Shown here piece after piece: positions 26,280 to 34,976 of a stretch of 64,000 bases of DNA. How positions within the stretch are numbered: the stretch's first letter is position 1; the number at the start of each line of letters is the position of its first letter. A program made the translations under genes and the position numbers. The notes under the pieces were generated by a model. It was not told the DNA's origin, ran no database searches, and saw nothing but the letters and a program-made list of their open reading frames with translations. The DNA is from Acidimicrobiia bacterium (GTDB lineage Bacteria > Actinomycetota > Acidimicrobiia > IMCC26256 > PALSA-610). The DNA lies in the NCBI GenBank assembly GCA_026002935.1, contig BPGH01000001.1:2629250-2693249 (forward strand). Direction: 5' to 3'.

Positions 26280-26990
26280 TCAGCGCAGTGGCGCGCCCGC
26301 GCGCCACCACTCGTACAGCGCGGCGAGGTCGCCGTCGGCGCGCGTCGCGTGTGCGAGGAGCGCGGTTGCGTCCTCCGTCCACCAGATCTCGGCCCGCCCC
26401 GCGACGACGCGGCACGCGTACCGGCCCGCGGTGACGGCCGGGGCGTCGGGCCGCGACCAGGCGCGCTCCTCGGGCCGCCCCGCGGCGCACGCCGGCGGCC
26501 CCGTCGCGCGGGTGCCGTCGTCGGGCCCGAGCGCCCGCCGGTACTCCCGTGCCGGGTCGGCCGGCCGCGCGAGCTCGACCGTGCCGTGCTCGATCGGGCA
26601 GGTCAGCCGCACGCCACCCTCCTCGACGCGGGTGCGGCACGTCCCGGGGGCGCCCGCGAGCGCCCGCAGCGCCGCGGCCTCCCGCGCCGCCCGTCCCGTG
26701 GCGACCCCCGCGGTGCTCGGCGGCGCGAGAGGCCGCGACGGCGCGGCGCCGGCCTCCCCGCCCCCGCGCGGCGCGGGGTCCGGGGGCGGACCGGCGCCCC
26801 GGTCGCGCGCCACCGCCACGCACGCGACCGCGAGGGCGGCGACGAGGGCCCCGGCGGCGACCACCCGGCGGCGGGACGGCCGGTGCCGCCCCGGCACCCG
26901 GGGCCGGCGGTCGGGGGCGACGCCGCCGCGGCGCGGACGCGCGGCGGCCCGGCGGTCGAGCGGCGGGCGGGGGACGGTTCCGGTCGGCAT
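26280..26990 (-). CDS. hypothetical single-pass membrane-anchored protein
   Basis: Track ORF 26280..27002; I prefer ATG 26990. An Arg-rich N-terminus is followed by a TM segment (VVAAGALVAALAVACVAVA) and an extracytoplasmic domain with four Cys and a W-rich C-terminus (EIWWTEDA..LYEWWRAG). Confidence 0.5.
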   Translation of the reverse strand: MPTGTVPRPPLDRRAAARPRRGGVAPDRRPRVPGRHRPSRRRVVAAGALVAALAVACVAVARDRGAGPPPDPAPRGGGEAGAAPSRPLAPPSTAGVATGRAAREAAALRALAGAPGTCRTRVEEGGVRLTCPIEHGTVELARPADPAREYRRALGPDDGTRATGPPACAAGRPEERAWSRPDAPAVTAGRYACRVVAGRAEIWWTEDATALLAHATRADGDLAALYEWWRAGAPLR

Positions 26991-27033
26991 CACGGTCCGC
27001 ACTGTATGACCGTTTCACGACGTTGCTCAAGGC

Positions 27034-27063
27034 TTGACACGTTCTGAGACATCTCGCGACGAT
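27034..27063 (+). promoter_or_regulatory. candidate sigma-70-type promoter (TTGACA-18-GACGAT) giving a leaderless LysM-protein mRNA
   Basis: TTGACA lies at 27034-27039 and GACGAT at 27058-27063. The ATG at 27070 is 7 nt downstream of the -10 box. I see no RBS. Confidence 0.35.
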
Positions 27064-27069
27064 TGCCGG

Positions 27070-27919
27070 ATGCCGCTCCCGCCCCCGGCGCGCCCCGCCG
27101 CCTCGATCGTCCTCACCGCCGCCGGCGCGGCCGGCGCCGCCGCGCTCGCCCGTCCCGGTCTGGTCCCGCCCGCCGGGGTCCTCGCCGACGGCGAGGCCCT
27201 CGCGTGGTACGCCGGGCGCGTCGCCGCCGCCGGGCTCGCGGTCTGGCTCGTGCTCGCCGACGTCGTGTGCCGGGCCGCACGCGCGTGGCCGCGCGTGCGG
27301 GCCCTCCGGGCCGCGGCCCGTGGCGCGCCGGCCTTCCTGCGGCGGGCGCACGGGCTCGCGTGCGGCGCGACGGCCGTGCTCGTCACCGTCCCGCCCGCGG
27401 CGGTCGCGGCCCCGGCGGCGCCTGCGCCCGTGGTGGCGCCGGCGCCGCCCGAGGCCCCGGTCGTGCGCGCCCCCGACCCCGGCCCCGGCGCGACGACCAC
27501 CGCGCCCGGCCCTCCCGTCCTGCGCGCGGCACCCCCCCGCGACGCCGGCCACCACCGCATCCCCAGCGGCGCCGCCGATCACCGGAACCACCGCACCCGA
27601 TCCGCCCGTCGTGCGCGCGACACCGCCCCCACCGGCGGCACCGGCCGCGCCGGGCGGCCGCGCGGCGGAGGTGCCGGGCGCCCCGGCCGGCGGACGCCCG
27701 GACGCGGCCCGCCACCACGTCGTCGTCGCGGGCGACAACCTGTGGCGGATCGCCGCGGCCGAGGTCGCGCGGGTCACGGGCGCCGCGCGTGCCCCCGACG
27801 CCGCGGTCCTCCCCTACTGGCGCGCGGTCGTCGCGGCCAACCGCGCGACGCTGCGCTCGGGCGACCCGAGCCTCGTGTACCCCGGCGAGGTCGTCACGCT
27901 CCCTCCCCACCGCGCCTGA
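27070..27919 (+). pseudogene. LysM-domain membrane protein, frame change inside Pro/Ala-rich linker (probably at the C7 run 27532-27538)
   Basis: The frame from ATG 27070 reads MPLPPPARPAAS.., then TM segments (AAAGLAVWLVLADVV; ACGATAVLVTVPPAAV) and a Pro-rich linker. The LysM end lies in the next frame (track ORF 27320..27919): HHVVVAGDNLWRIAAAEV...VLPYWRAVVAANRATLRSGDPSLVYPGEVVTLP. The span is 850 nt, which is 3n+1. Confidence 0.55.
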
Positions 27920-27929
27920 CCCGCATTGA

Positions 27930-27949
27930 CCCTGACACGCGTGTCAGGG
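27930..27949. promoter_or_regulatory. perfect 20-bp palindrome CCCTGACACG|CGTGTCAGGG (candidate operator, N4 class)
   Basis: Read directly. It lies 14 nt upstream of the SDR ATG at 27963. An extra CCTGAC half-site is at 27915-27920. Confidence 0.45.
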
Positions 27950-27962
27950 AAGACTCGCCGCG

Positions 27963-28865
27963 ATGGGGATGCTGGACGGGAAGGTCGCGATCGTCACCGG
28001 CGCGGGGCGCGGGCTCGGCCGGGCGCACGCACTCCTGCTCGCGCAGCAGGGCGCGCGCGTCGTCGTCAACGACCTCGGCACGGGCATGGGCGGCGACGGC
28101 CGCGACGCGACGGCGGCGCAGGAGGTCGTCGACGAGATCGTCGCGGCCGGCGGCGAGGCGGTCGCGAACACCGACGACGTGGCGAGCTGGGACGGCGCCG
28201 GCCGCCTCGTGGGCCACGCGCTCGACGCGTTCGGCGGCCTCGACGTGCTCGTCAACAACGCGGGCGTGCTGCGCGACTCGATGGCGTTCAACATGACCGA
28301 GGAGGACTGGGACACCGTCGTCCGCGTCCACCTCAAGGGGCACTTCGCACCCTGCCACCACGCCGTGCGGCACTGGCGGGACCGGGCCAAGGCCGGCGGG
28401 CCGGTGTCCGGCCGCATCATCAACACCGCGAGCGAGTCCGGCCTGTTCGGCCAGGCCGGCCAGGCGAACTACGCGGCGGCGAAGGCGGGCATCGTCGCGA
28501 TGACCCTCGTGCTCGCGCGCGAAGCGAAGAAGTACGGGGTGACGGCGAACGTGATCTGCCCCCGTGCGCTGACCCGGATGACCGGTTCCGTGCCCGGTGC
28601 CGCCGACTTCATGAGCGGCCCCGAGTGGGACCCCGCGCAGGTCGCACCCATGGTCGGGTTCCTCGCGAGCGACGCCGCGGCCGACGTCTCCGGGCAGGTC
28701 TTCGTCGTCTGGGGAACACGCGTCCACCTCCTGCAGGGGTGGTCGCTGGTCGCGACGCTCGATCGCGGCGAGGGCCGCTGGACCCCCGAGGAGCTCGCCG
28801 CGCGCAAGGACGAGCTGTTCGCGACGCGCCCGCCGAAGGTCCCGCCGATGGGGTTCGGGCAGTGA
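27963..28865 (+). CDS. short-chain dehydrogenase/reductase (300 aa), paralog of 16574 and 19172
   Basis: Track ORF. Translation: MGMLDGKVAIVTGAGRGLGRAHA...NNAGVLRDS...YAAAKAGI. Confidence 0.85.
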   Translation: MGMLDGKVAIVTGAGRGLGRAHALLLAQQGARVVVNDLGTGMGGDGRDATAAQEVVDEIVAAGGEAVANTDDVASWDGAGRLVGHALDAFGGLDVLVNNAGVLRDSMAFNMTEEDWDTVVRVHLKGHFAPCHHAVRHWRDRAKAGGPVSGRIINTASESGLFGQAGQANYAAAKAGIVAMTLVLAREAKKYGVTANVICPRALTRMTGSVPGAADFMSGPEWDPAQVAPMVGFLASDAAADVSGQVFVVWGTRVHLLQGWSLVATLDRGEGRWTPEELAARKDELFATRPPKVPPMGFGQ

Positions 28866-30445
28866 GCCCGCCGGCCGGCCCGGGGGCGCCCGACGCACCC
28901 GAGGGGCCGCTGCTCGTCGACCAGCTCCGCTTCATGGCCCGCCGCTGGCCCGACGAGGTCGCGTACCGCGACCTCGACGCCGGCGCGGGCATCACGTTCG
29001 CGCAGTGGGACGCGACGTCGAACCGGGCCGCGCGCTGGCTCGCCGCGCACGGCGTGGGCAAGGGCGACCGCGTCGCCGTCTACATGGACAGCGACCACTG
29101 CCTGCAGTGGATCTGCGCCTACGCCGCGGTGCACAAGGCGGGCGCGGTCATGGTGCCGGTCAACACGCGCCTCACGCCCGAGGAGGTGCGCACGATCCTC
29201 GCGCACGCGCAGCCGCGCGTCGTCGTCACCAACGAACGCCTCGTCGGGACGGCCTGTGAGGTCGCGGACGCGGTCGGCGCCGCGCACGTGCTGTCGGTCG
29301 GGACGGGGCCGACCGGCGCACACGAGTGGTCGGAGATCGACGACTGCGACGACGCCCGCTTCCAGGTCCCGGTCGCCCCCGGGGACATGGCCGACATCAT
29401 GTACACGTCGGGCACGACCGGCCTGCCGAAGGGCGTGCTCGTGCGCCACGGAAACGTCGCCATGATCCCGAACTGCGCGCCCCACTGGAGCGGGGCGGGG
29501 TGGCTCCACGGGGCGCCGCTGTTCACCTTCGCCGGCATCAGCTTCGTCTACAACCCGATGAAGATGGGCCTGCGCGGCCTGTACATGCCGCGCTTCGACG
29601 TCGACCGGTGGTTCGACGTCGTCGAGCGCGAACGGCCGGGGATGATCTTCATGGTGCCCGCGATGGCGGAGCTCGTCACCGCCCACCCGCGCTTCCCGAC
29701 GGCCGACCTGTCGTCGCCGTTCGCGGTGTCGATCGGTTCGGCGCCCCTCGCACCCGCGACGCTGAAGAAGCTGCAGGACCGCATGCCCCAGGCGACCGTC
29801 TCCAACTCCTACGGGCTCACCGAGGCCGGGCCGGCGTACATCGTGATGCCCAAGGAGGACCTCGATCGCAAGCCCGGATCGGTCGGCAAGCCGATGCCCG
29901 GCATGGAGGTGAAGGTCGTCGGGCCCGACGACGACGCGCCCCGCGCCGCGAACGAGGTCGGCGAGCTCCTGGTACGGCTCGGCGACACGCGCCGCGAGTA
30001 CTACCGCGACGACGCGGCGACGGCCGCGACCTGGACGCCCGACGGGTGGCTGCGCACCGGCGACCTCGCGTACCTCGACGACGAGGGCTTCGTGTACATC
30101 GTCGGCCGCATCAAGGACGTCATCATCCGCGGTGGCAACAACGTCTACGCGACCGACGTCGAGGCGGTGCTGCTCGAGCACCCGCAGGTGCAGGAGGCCG
30201 CGGTCGTCGGCGTGCCGCACCCGGTGCTCGGGGAGGACGTGGGCGCGTTCGTCGTGGTGCGCCCGGGAGCCGCCTGCGACGAGGAGGAGCTGGCGGCGTT
30301 CTGCGGCCGGCACCTCGCCGACTACAAGCGGCCCCGCCGCTTCTGGTTCGTCCCCGAGCTGCCGCGCAACGCGACCGGCAAGGTGATGAAGCACAAGCTG
30401 CGCGAGCGCGCCGCCGAGCCCGCGGACCGGCCCACCGGGGCGTGA
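28862..30445 (+). CDS. AMP-dependent acyl-CoA synthetase/ligase (FadD-like)
   Basis: GTG 28862 overlaps the SDR stop (GTGA). Translation: MYTSGTTGLPKGVLVRH, YGLTEAG, WLRTGDLAYLDDEGFVYIVGRIKDVIIRGGNNVY, PRNATGKVMK. Confidence 0.85.
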   Translation: MSPPAGPGAPDAPEGPLLVDQLRFMARRWPDEVAYRDLDAGAGITFAQWDATSNRAARWLAAHGVGKGDRVAVYMDSDHCLQWICAYAAVHKAGAVMVPVNTRLTPEEVRTILAHAQPRVVVTNERLVGTACEVADAVGAAHVLSVGTGPTGAHEWSEIDDCDDARFQVPVAPGDMADIMYTSGTTGLPKGVLVRHGNVAMIPNCAPHWSGAGWLHGAPLFTFAGISFVYNPMKMGLRGLYMPRFDVDRWFDVVERERPGMIFMVPAMAELVTAHPRFPTADLSSPFAVSIGSAPLAPATLKKLQDRMPQATVSNSYGLTEAGPAYIVMPKEDLDRKPGSVGKPMPGMEVKVVGPDDDAPRAANEVGELLVRLGDTRREYYRDDAATAATWTPDGWLRTGDLAYLDDEGFVYIVGRIKDVIIRGGNNVYATDVEAVLLEHPQVQEAAVVGVPHPVLGEDVGAFVVVRPGAACDEEELAAFCGRHLADYKRPRRFWFVPELPRNATGKVMKHKLRERAAEPADRPTGA

Positions 30446-30460
30446 CCTGCGGCACACCGG

Positions 30461-30907
30461 GTGACGCGCCCTCGAGCCGCGGGGCGGGTCGGGCCGACAA
30501 CCCCCTCGATGTCGCCGACCGCCCGCACCCCGACGGGACCGGCCGCGCCGCGCCCGGCGCCCGGCGGCGGGGACCACGGCCGCGACGACGGGCGGGTGCG
30601 GTTGCGGGCGCCGGTGGAGGTCCTCGCGTCGGCCCGGGGCGGGCCGGTCCTGCTGCCGGGGCTGCTCGCCGACCTGTCGGCGGGGGGCTGTGCCGTGCGG
30701 GTCGGGCTGCCGCTCGAGCCCGGCGTGCGGGTGCGGCTCGTGCTGGGCCTCGGGCAGGACCACCTCGCCGTGTTCGGCCAGGTGGTCTGGGCGGCGCCGC
30801 GCGACCGGGCCTGGGTCGCGGGCGTCCGGTTCGACCCGTTGGGGCCCGCCAAGCGGGCGGCGATCGAGCGCTACATCTTCTCGGCGCGCCGCCACCGCCC
30901 GGGCTGA
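30461..30907 (+). CDS. stand-alone PilZ-domain (c-di-GMP receptor-like) protein
   Basis: Track ORF of 148 aa. It carries the RxxxR-type segment GRDDGRVRLRAP and DLSAGGCAV (D/NxSxxG). The start is uncertain; ATG 30509 is also possible. Confidence 0.6.
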   Translation: MTRPRAAGRVGPTTPSMSPTARTPTGPAAPRPAPGGGDHGRDDGRVRLRAPVEVLASARGGPVLLPGLLADLSAGGCAVRVGLPLEPGVRVRLVLGLGQDHLAVFGQVVWAAPRDRAWVAGVRFDPLGPAKRAAIERYIFSARRHRPG

Positions 30908-30967
30908 GCGGCCCGCCGCGCCGCTGGCCCGGCGCGCCCGCGCTTCGCTAACGTGCGCGGCCCGTAC

Positions 30968-30983
30968 CTGACATCGACGTCAG
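30968..30983. promoter_or_regulatory. inverted repeat CTGACA-tcga-CGTCAG (candidate operator, N4 class)
   Basis: Read directly. It lies 32 nt upstream of GTG 31015. Confidence 0.35.
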
Positions 30984-31014
30984 CGACGTCGCACCCGGAT
31001 CGGAGGCGAGGCAC

Positions 31015-31497
31015 GTGGCGCTCACCGAGCTGAAGGGCCGGCCGCTCGGCACCCAACGCGTCGTCGTCGAGCGGGGCCCGGTGCGGGTCTTCGCACAGGC
31101 CCTGATGGACGACGACCCGGTCTACCGCGGCGACGCCGCCCCGGTGCCGCCCACGTTCCCGTTCGTCATGCCGTACTGGGGCTCGCTCGGCGAGGGCGGC
31201 GCGGCCGGGCTGCCGATCGAGAACCTGCGCGGCAAGGGCCGCGCGATCCTCCACGGCGAGCAGGAGTTCGTCTACCACGGCGGTCGGTGGCCGCACGTCG
31301 GCGACGTGCTCGTGGGCGACGGCGTGATCTCCGACGTGTACGAGAAGGAACGGTCCGACGGCGGCAAGCTCGAGTTCTACGTCACCGAGACCACCTGGAA
31401 GGACGAGCGCACGGGCGAGCCGGTGGTGACGTCGAAGTTCACGCTGACCATCGTGTGCCGGCCCGGCGCCGACGAGCCGAAGCCCCTGTCGTCGTGA
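31015..31497 (+). CDS. MaoC-like / FAS1-like dehydratase N-terminal hotdog-fold protein
   Basis: Track ORF of 160 aa with a GGAGG RBS. Translation: RVFAQALMDDDPVYRGDAAPVPPTFPFV...ILHGEQEFVYHG. Confidence 0.65.
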   Translation: MALTELKGRPLGTQRVVVERGPVRVFAQALMDDDPVYRGDAAPVPPTFPFVMPYWGSLGEGGAAGLPIENLRGKGRAILHGEQEFVYHGGRWPHVGDVLVGDGVISDVYEKERSDGGKLEFYVTETTWKDERTGEPVVTSKFTLTIVCRPGADEPKPLSS

Positions 31498-31525
31498 CGC
31501 CGTCCGGCCGGTAGCGTCGCGGCCG

Positions 31526-31978
31526 ATGCCCTACACCCCGCAGGAGCTCTCCGACCGCGCCGAGATCCAGGACCTGATCCACCGGTACGCCTGGGCGATC
31601 GACACCCGCGACTGGGATCTCCTCGACGCCTGCTTCACCGAGGACGCGCACGTCGACTACTCGTCGAACCCGGGCGGCGTCGCCGGCCCCTACCGCGAGG
31701 TTCGGGCCTGGCTGCAGCGGAACCTCGCGGCGTTCGCCGTCATGCAGCACCTGATGGCGAACGTCGACGTGCACCTCGACGGCGACCGCGCGACCGCGCG
31801 CACGATGATGGTGAACCCGATGGGTGCGAGGACCCGCGAGGGCCCGCCGCACTTCTTCTGGATCGGCGGCCGCTACGACGACGAGCTGGTCCGCACCGCC
31901 TCGGGCTGGCGGATCTCCCGGCGGGTCGAGACGCTGCTGTGGTTCGAGGGCAGCCTGCCCGACGAGCTCCTCACCTGA
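31526..31978 (+). CDS. SnoaL-like / NTF2-fold protein
   Basis: Track ORF of 150 aa. Translation: LSDRAEIQDLIHRYAWAIDTRDWDLLDACFTEDAHVDYS...GRYDDELVRTASGWRISRR. Confidence 0.7.
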   Translation: MPYTPQELSDRAEIQDLIHRYAWAIDTRDWDLLDACFTEDAHVDYSSNPGGVAGPYREVRAWLQRNLAAFAVMQHLMANVDVHLDGDRATARTMMVNPMGARTREGPPHFFWIGGRYDDELVRTASGWRISRRVETLLWFEGSLPDELLT

Positions 31979-32010
31979 GCGGCCGGCGCCGGCACCGGCA
32001 ACGGAACCGG

Positions 32011-32058
32011 CCCACCGGCCGATCCGCCCACCGGCCGATCCGCCTACCAGCCGATCTC
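32011..32058. repeat. 16-bp tandem triplication (CCCACCGGCCGATCCG x2 plus diverged CCTACCAGCCGATCTC)
   Basis: Read directly. The third unit is the last 13 coding nt plus the stop codon of the minus-strand hydrolase gene (..EIGW*). Confidence 0.8.
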
Positions 32059-32997
32059 GTCGAGCAGGCCGCGCACGAGGGTCACCGTCGTCTCCGGGTT
32101 GTCGCCCGCGGCGTGGTGGCCCGCCGACGAGATCGTCGCGAGGCGCGCGTTCGGGATGAGCTTCGCCGTCTCCTCGGCCCCGGCGTCGGAGAGCACGTCG
32201 CTGTGCGCGCCGCGCAGCACGAGCACCGGGCACTCGAGGCGCGTCAGCTCGGCGTCCATGCCCGCGACCAGCTCCCGCCAGCCGCCGGGGCGGAACGCCG
32301 GCTGCCCCTGGGCCTGCGCGTCGCGCAGCCGGCGACCGAGCGAGTGCTTCCACTCCCACCGGCCGTCGGCGCGCTGGCGCAGGTTGCGCTTCAGCCGCTC
32401 CGGCGCCTGCGGTCCCGACCTGCGGTGCGGCAGGTACTCGGCGACCGCCGCGGCCGCCTCCTCCAGCGACGCGAAGCTCTCGTGCCTCGTCATGAACTCG
32501 ATGATGCGCGCGACGCCCTCGTCCTCCAGCCTGTGGCCGATGTCGATCAGGGCGATCGCCCGCACCCGCGAGGGGCTCTGCGCCGCGATCGTGAGGCTGG
32601 TGATCCCGCCGAGCGACGCGCCGACGAAGACCGCCTCGTCGACGCCGACGTGGTCGAGGAACTCCTCGACGCTCGTCGCGAGCGCCCGCCGGTCGAGCCC
32701 GCTGACGGTGCCCGCGACCGCGAGGTCGACGTCGGAGTCGCCGTGGCCGGGCAGGTCGGGGGCGAGCACGAACCAGCGGTCGGCCAGCGCCTCGCCCAGC
32801 TCCTCGTACATGTACGCGGTCTGGCCGCCGCCGTGCAGGCAGACGACCGGCGGGGCCGCCCGCCGGCCCCACCACAGGTAGTGGACCTGGCGGCCGTCGA
32901 CGATCGTGAACGCGCTGTGCCCCCCGGCCGGCACGTCGTGGCGCGGCGGGCCGGCGTCCGCGGCCCCGCCCGCCGGTCCCCCAGGAGGCCCGCTCAT
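32044..32997 (-). CDS. alpha/beta-fold hydrolase
   Basis: ATG 32997 overlaps the upstream stop (ATGA), within track ORF 32044..33543. Translation: VVCLHGGGQTAYMYEEL...FVGASLGG...AGHHAAGDNPE. Confidence 0.8.
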   Translation of the reverse strand: MSGPPGGPAGGAADAGPPRHDVPAGGHSAFTIVDGRQVHYLWWGRRAAPPVVCLHGGGQTAYMYEELGEALADRWFVLAPDLPGHGDSDVDLAVAGTVSGLDRRALATSVEEFLDHVGVDEAVFVGASLGGITSLTIAAQSPSRVRAIALIDIGHRLEDEGVARIIEFMTRHESFASLEEAAAAVAEYLPHRRSGPQAPERLKRNLRQRADGRWEWKHSLGRRLRDAQAQGQPAFRPGGWRELVAGMDAELTRLECPVLVLRGAHSDVLSDAGAEETAKLIPNARLATISSAGHHAAGDNPETTVTLVRGLLDEIGW

Positions 32998-34145
32998 CGG
33001 TCCCCCAGGAGGAACGCCACGTTGTCGTGGAACAGGCCGGGGGCGTCGCCCGGCGCGACCGGCACGGGCGCGCGGGCGTAGTCCTCGAGCGGCGTCGCCG
33101 TGCCCTCGGAGTGGGGGAAGTCGGAGCAGCACATGTAGAGGTCCCCGGTTCGCGCGATGAGCCGCCCGGGCAGTTCGTAGGCGAACGACGAGACGCGCAC
33201 GCGGGCGCGGAAGTAGTCGCTGGGCCGCTGCGCGAGCGGGGCGATCGGCCGGCCGTTGAGGCGGGTCGTGAAGTCGAACCCGCCGTCCAGCATCATCAGG
33301 TACATCGGCACCCAGATCGCGCTCAGCTCGACGATGCCGATCCGCAGGTCCGGGTGGCGTTCGAGCGTCCCGTTGAGGATCAGGTCCGTGCACGCGAGGG
33401 CGGCCGGGGTCCACAGGAACACCGACTCGAGCGGCGACACGAACGAGTCGTCGGGCTCGGTGTACCAGGCGTCGTCGAACGGGCGCCGCTGGTCCGCGAC
33501 GTGGAAGACCGGCGTGACGCCGGCGTCGACGAACGCCCGCCACAGGCGGTCGTGGTCGGGGTGCGAGAGCGGGCGGCCGTCGACGAGCGCCGGTGCGATC
33601 ATCGCGAGGCGGACGCCGTCACGCGACAGGCGCGCGAGCTCGGCCTCGCACCAGTCGGCGTCGCGCAACGTCAGGTGCGCGACGGGGTGGACGACGCCGC
33701 GTGCGTCGGCCACGACCGACGCGCACCACCGGTTCCACGCGGTCATGTTGGCGGTGAGGGCCACCGGGTCGGCGTCGAGCGTGCGTTCCCAGAGCAGGCC
33801 GAAGTTCGGGAACGCGACCGCGGCGTCGAACCCCATCGCACCGACGCGCGCGGCCCGGGCCACCGGGTCCCAGTAGTCGCGCGGGAGCACCTCGTCGTAG
33901 CGCGCCTCGGCGGGCACACCCGCGCGGATCCGCTCGCGCCGCTCGCCCAGCTCGGCGGTGCGCCCGGGGACCTGCACGTCGACGGGCTGGAGGCGCCGGC
34001 CCCGCCAGGTCAGCCACGCGTACCCGAGATCGTCGTCGACGATCCGCAGGGCGTCGTCGCGCCGGTCCGGGTCCACGTGGTCGAGCCAGAGCGTCCGGTG
34101 CTCGTAGAGGTGCTGATCGGAGTCGACCGCCGGCACGGACACCAT
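32994..34145 (-). CDS. amidohydrolase-2 (ACMSD-like metal-dependent hydrolase) family
   Basis: Track ORF of 383 aa. Translation: AVDSDQHLYE...PVFHVADQ...MCCSDFPHSEG. Confidence 0.7.
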   Translation of the reverse strand: MVSVPAVDSDQHLYEHRTLWLDHVDPDRRDDALRIVDDDLGYAWLTWRGRRLQPVDVQVPGRTAELGERRERIRAGVPAEARYDEVLPRDYWDPVARAARVGAMGFDAAVAFPNFGLLWERTLDADPVALTANMTAWNRWCASVVADARGVVHPVAHLTLRDADWCEAELARLSRDGVRLAMIAPALVDGRPLSHPDHDRLWRAFVDAGVTPVFHVADQRRPFDDAWYTEPDDSFVSPLESVFLWTPAALACTDLILNGTLERHPDLRIGIVELSAIWVPMYLMMLDGGFDFTTRLNGRPIAPLAQRPSDYFRARVRVSSFAYELPGRLIARTGDLYMCCSDFPHSEGTATPLEDYARAPVPVAPGDAPGLFHDNVAFLLGDR

Positions 34146-34156
34146 CTTCCCCTAGC

Positions 34157-34172
34157 CTGACGCCGATGTCAT
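34157..34172. promoter_or_regulatory. imperfect inverted repeat CTGACG-ccga-TGTCAt overlapping ATG 34166
   Basis: Read directly. It lies in and beside the 20-bp gap between divergent starts 34145 and 34166. Confidence 0.25.
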
Positions 34173-34936
34173 CTCCGTCGCCCGCGCCGGGGTTCGACCG
34201 GGCCGCCGACGCGTACCGGCGCCGCATCCGGGTCACCACCGTCGCCCCCGGCGTCGTGCGCTCCGAGCTCGAGGACGACTTCCACCACTTCGTCGTGACC
34301 CTGCGCCACCGGGACGGGCTGGTGACGGAGGTGGGCTGCGAGTCGCGCCGCTGGCCCTGGGCGACGTGCCCCGGCGCCGCGGCCGCGCTCGCGGGCCTCG
34401 CCGGCATGCCGCTCGCCCGCCGGTTCACCGCGCCCGGCCGCTTCACCGACCCGAAGCTGGCCTGCACGCACCAGTTCGACGCCGCGTGCCACGCCGTCAC
34501 GCACGCCGCGCGCGGTGGGCGGCGGCGCCAGTACGACGTCGAGGTGCCGGTGCGCGAACCCGCGACCGGCGCGGCCCGGGTCCGGCTGTGGGTCGACGGC
34601 GCGCTCGCGCTCGAGTGGTCGCTCACCTGGGACGGGATCGCCGACCCCGAGCCGCCCTACGACGCCGCGCCCTGGCGTGGCGGCTTCATGCGCTGGGCGG
34701 ACGCGACGCTCCCCGAGGACGAGGCGGAGTGCGCGATCGTGCTGCGGCGGGCGTGCGACATCGGCCTCGGGCGCACGATGGACCTCGACTCGGTCCCGGT
34801 CGCCACCGCGCTGCCCGCCGTCATGACCGGGGTCTGCCACACGATGCGGCCCGGGGTGATCGAGCACGCGGTCCGCAACGTCGGGTCGATCCGCGACTTC
34901 GCCGCCGAGCCCGAACGCCTGCTCGCCGCCGACTGA
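34166..34936 (+). CDS. DUF2889-family protein
   Basis: Track ORF of 256 aa. EDDFHHFVVTLRHRDGLVTEVGCESRRWPWATCPGAA matches my recollection of the DUF2889 signature. Confidence 0.6.
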   Translation: MSSPSPAPGFDRAADAYRRRIRVTTVAPGVVRSELEDDFHHFVVTLRHRDGLVTEVGCESRRWPWATCPGAAAALAGLAGMPLARRFTAPGRFTDPKLACTHQFDAACHAVTHAARGGRRRQYDVEVPVREPATGAARVRLWVDGALALEWSLTWDGIADPEPPYDAAPWRGGFMRWADATLPEDEAECAIVLRRACDIGLGRTMDLDSVPVATALPAVMTGVCHTMRPGVIEHAVRNVGSIRDFAAEPERLLAAD

Positions 34937-34976
34937 CCGCACGCGCCGGCCGCACGCGGCGGGCCGGGCGCGCGGG

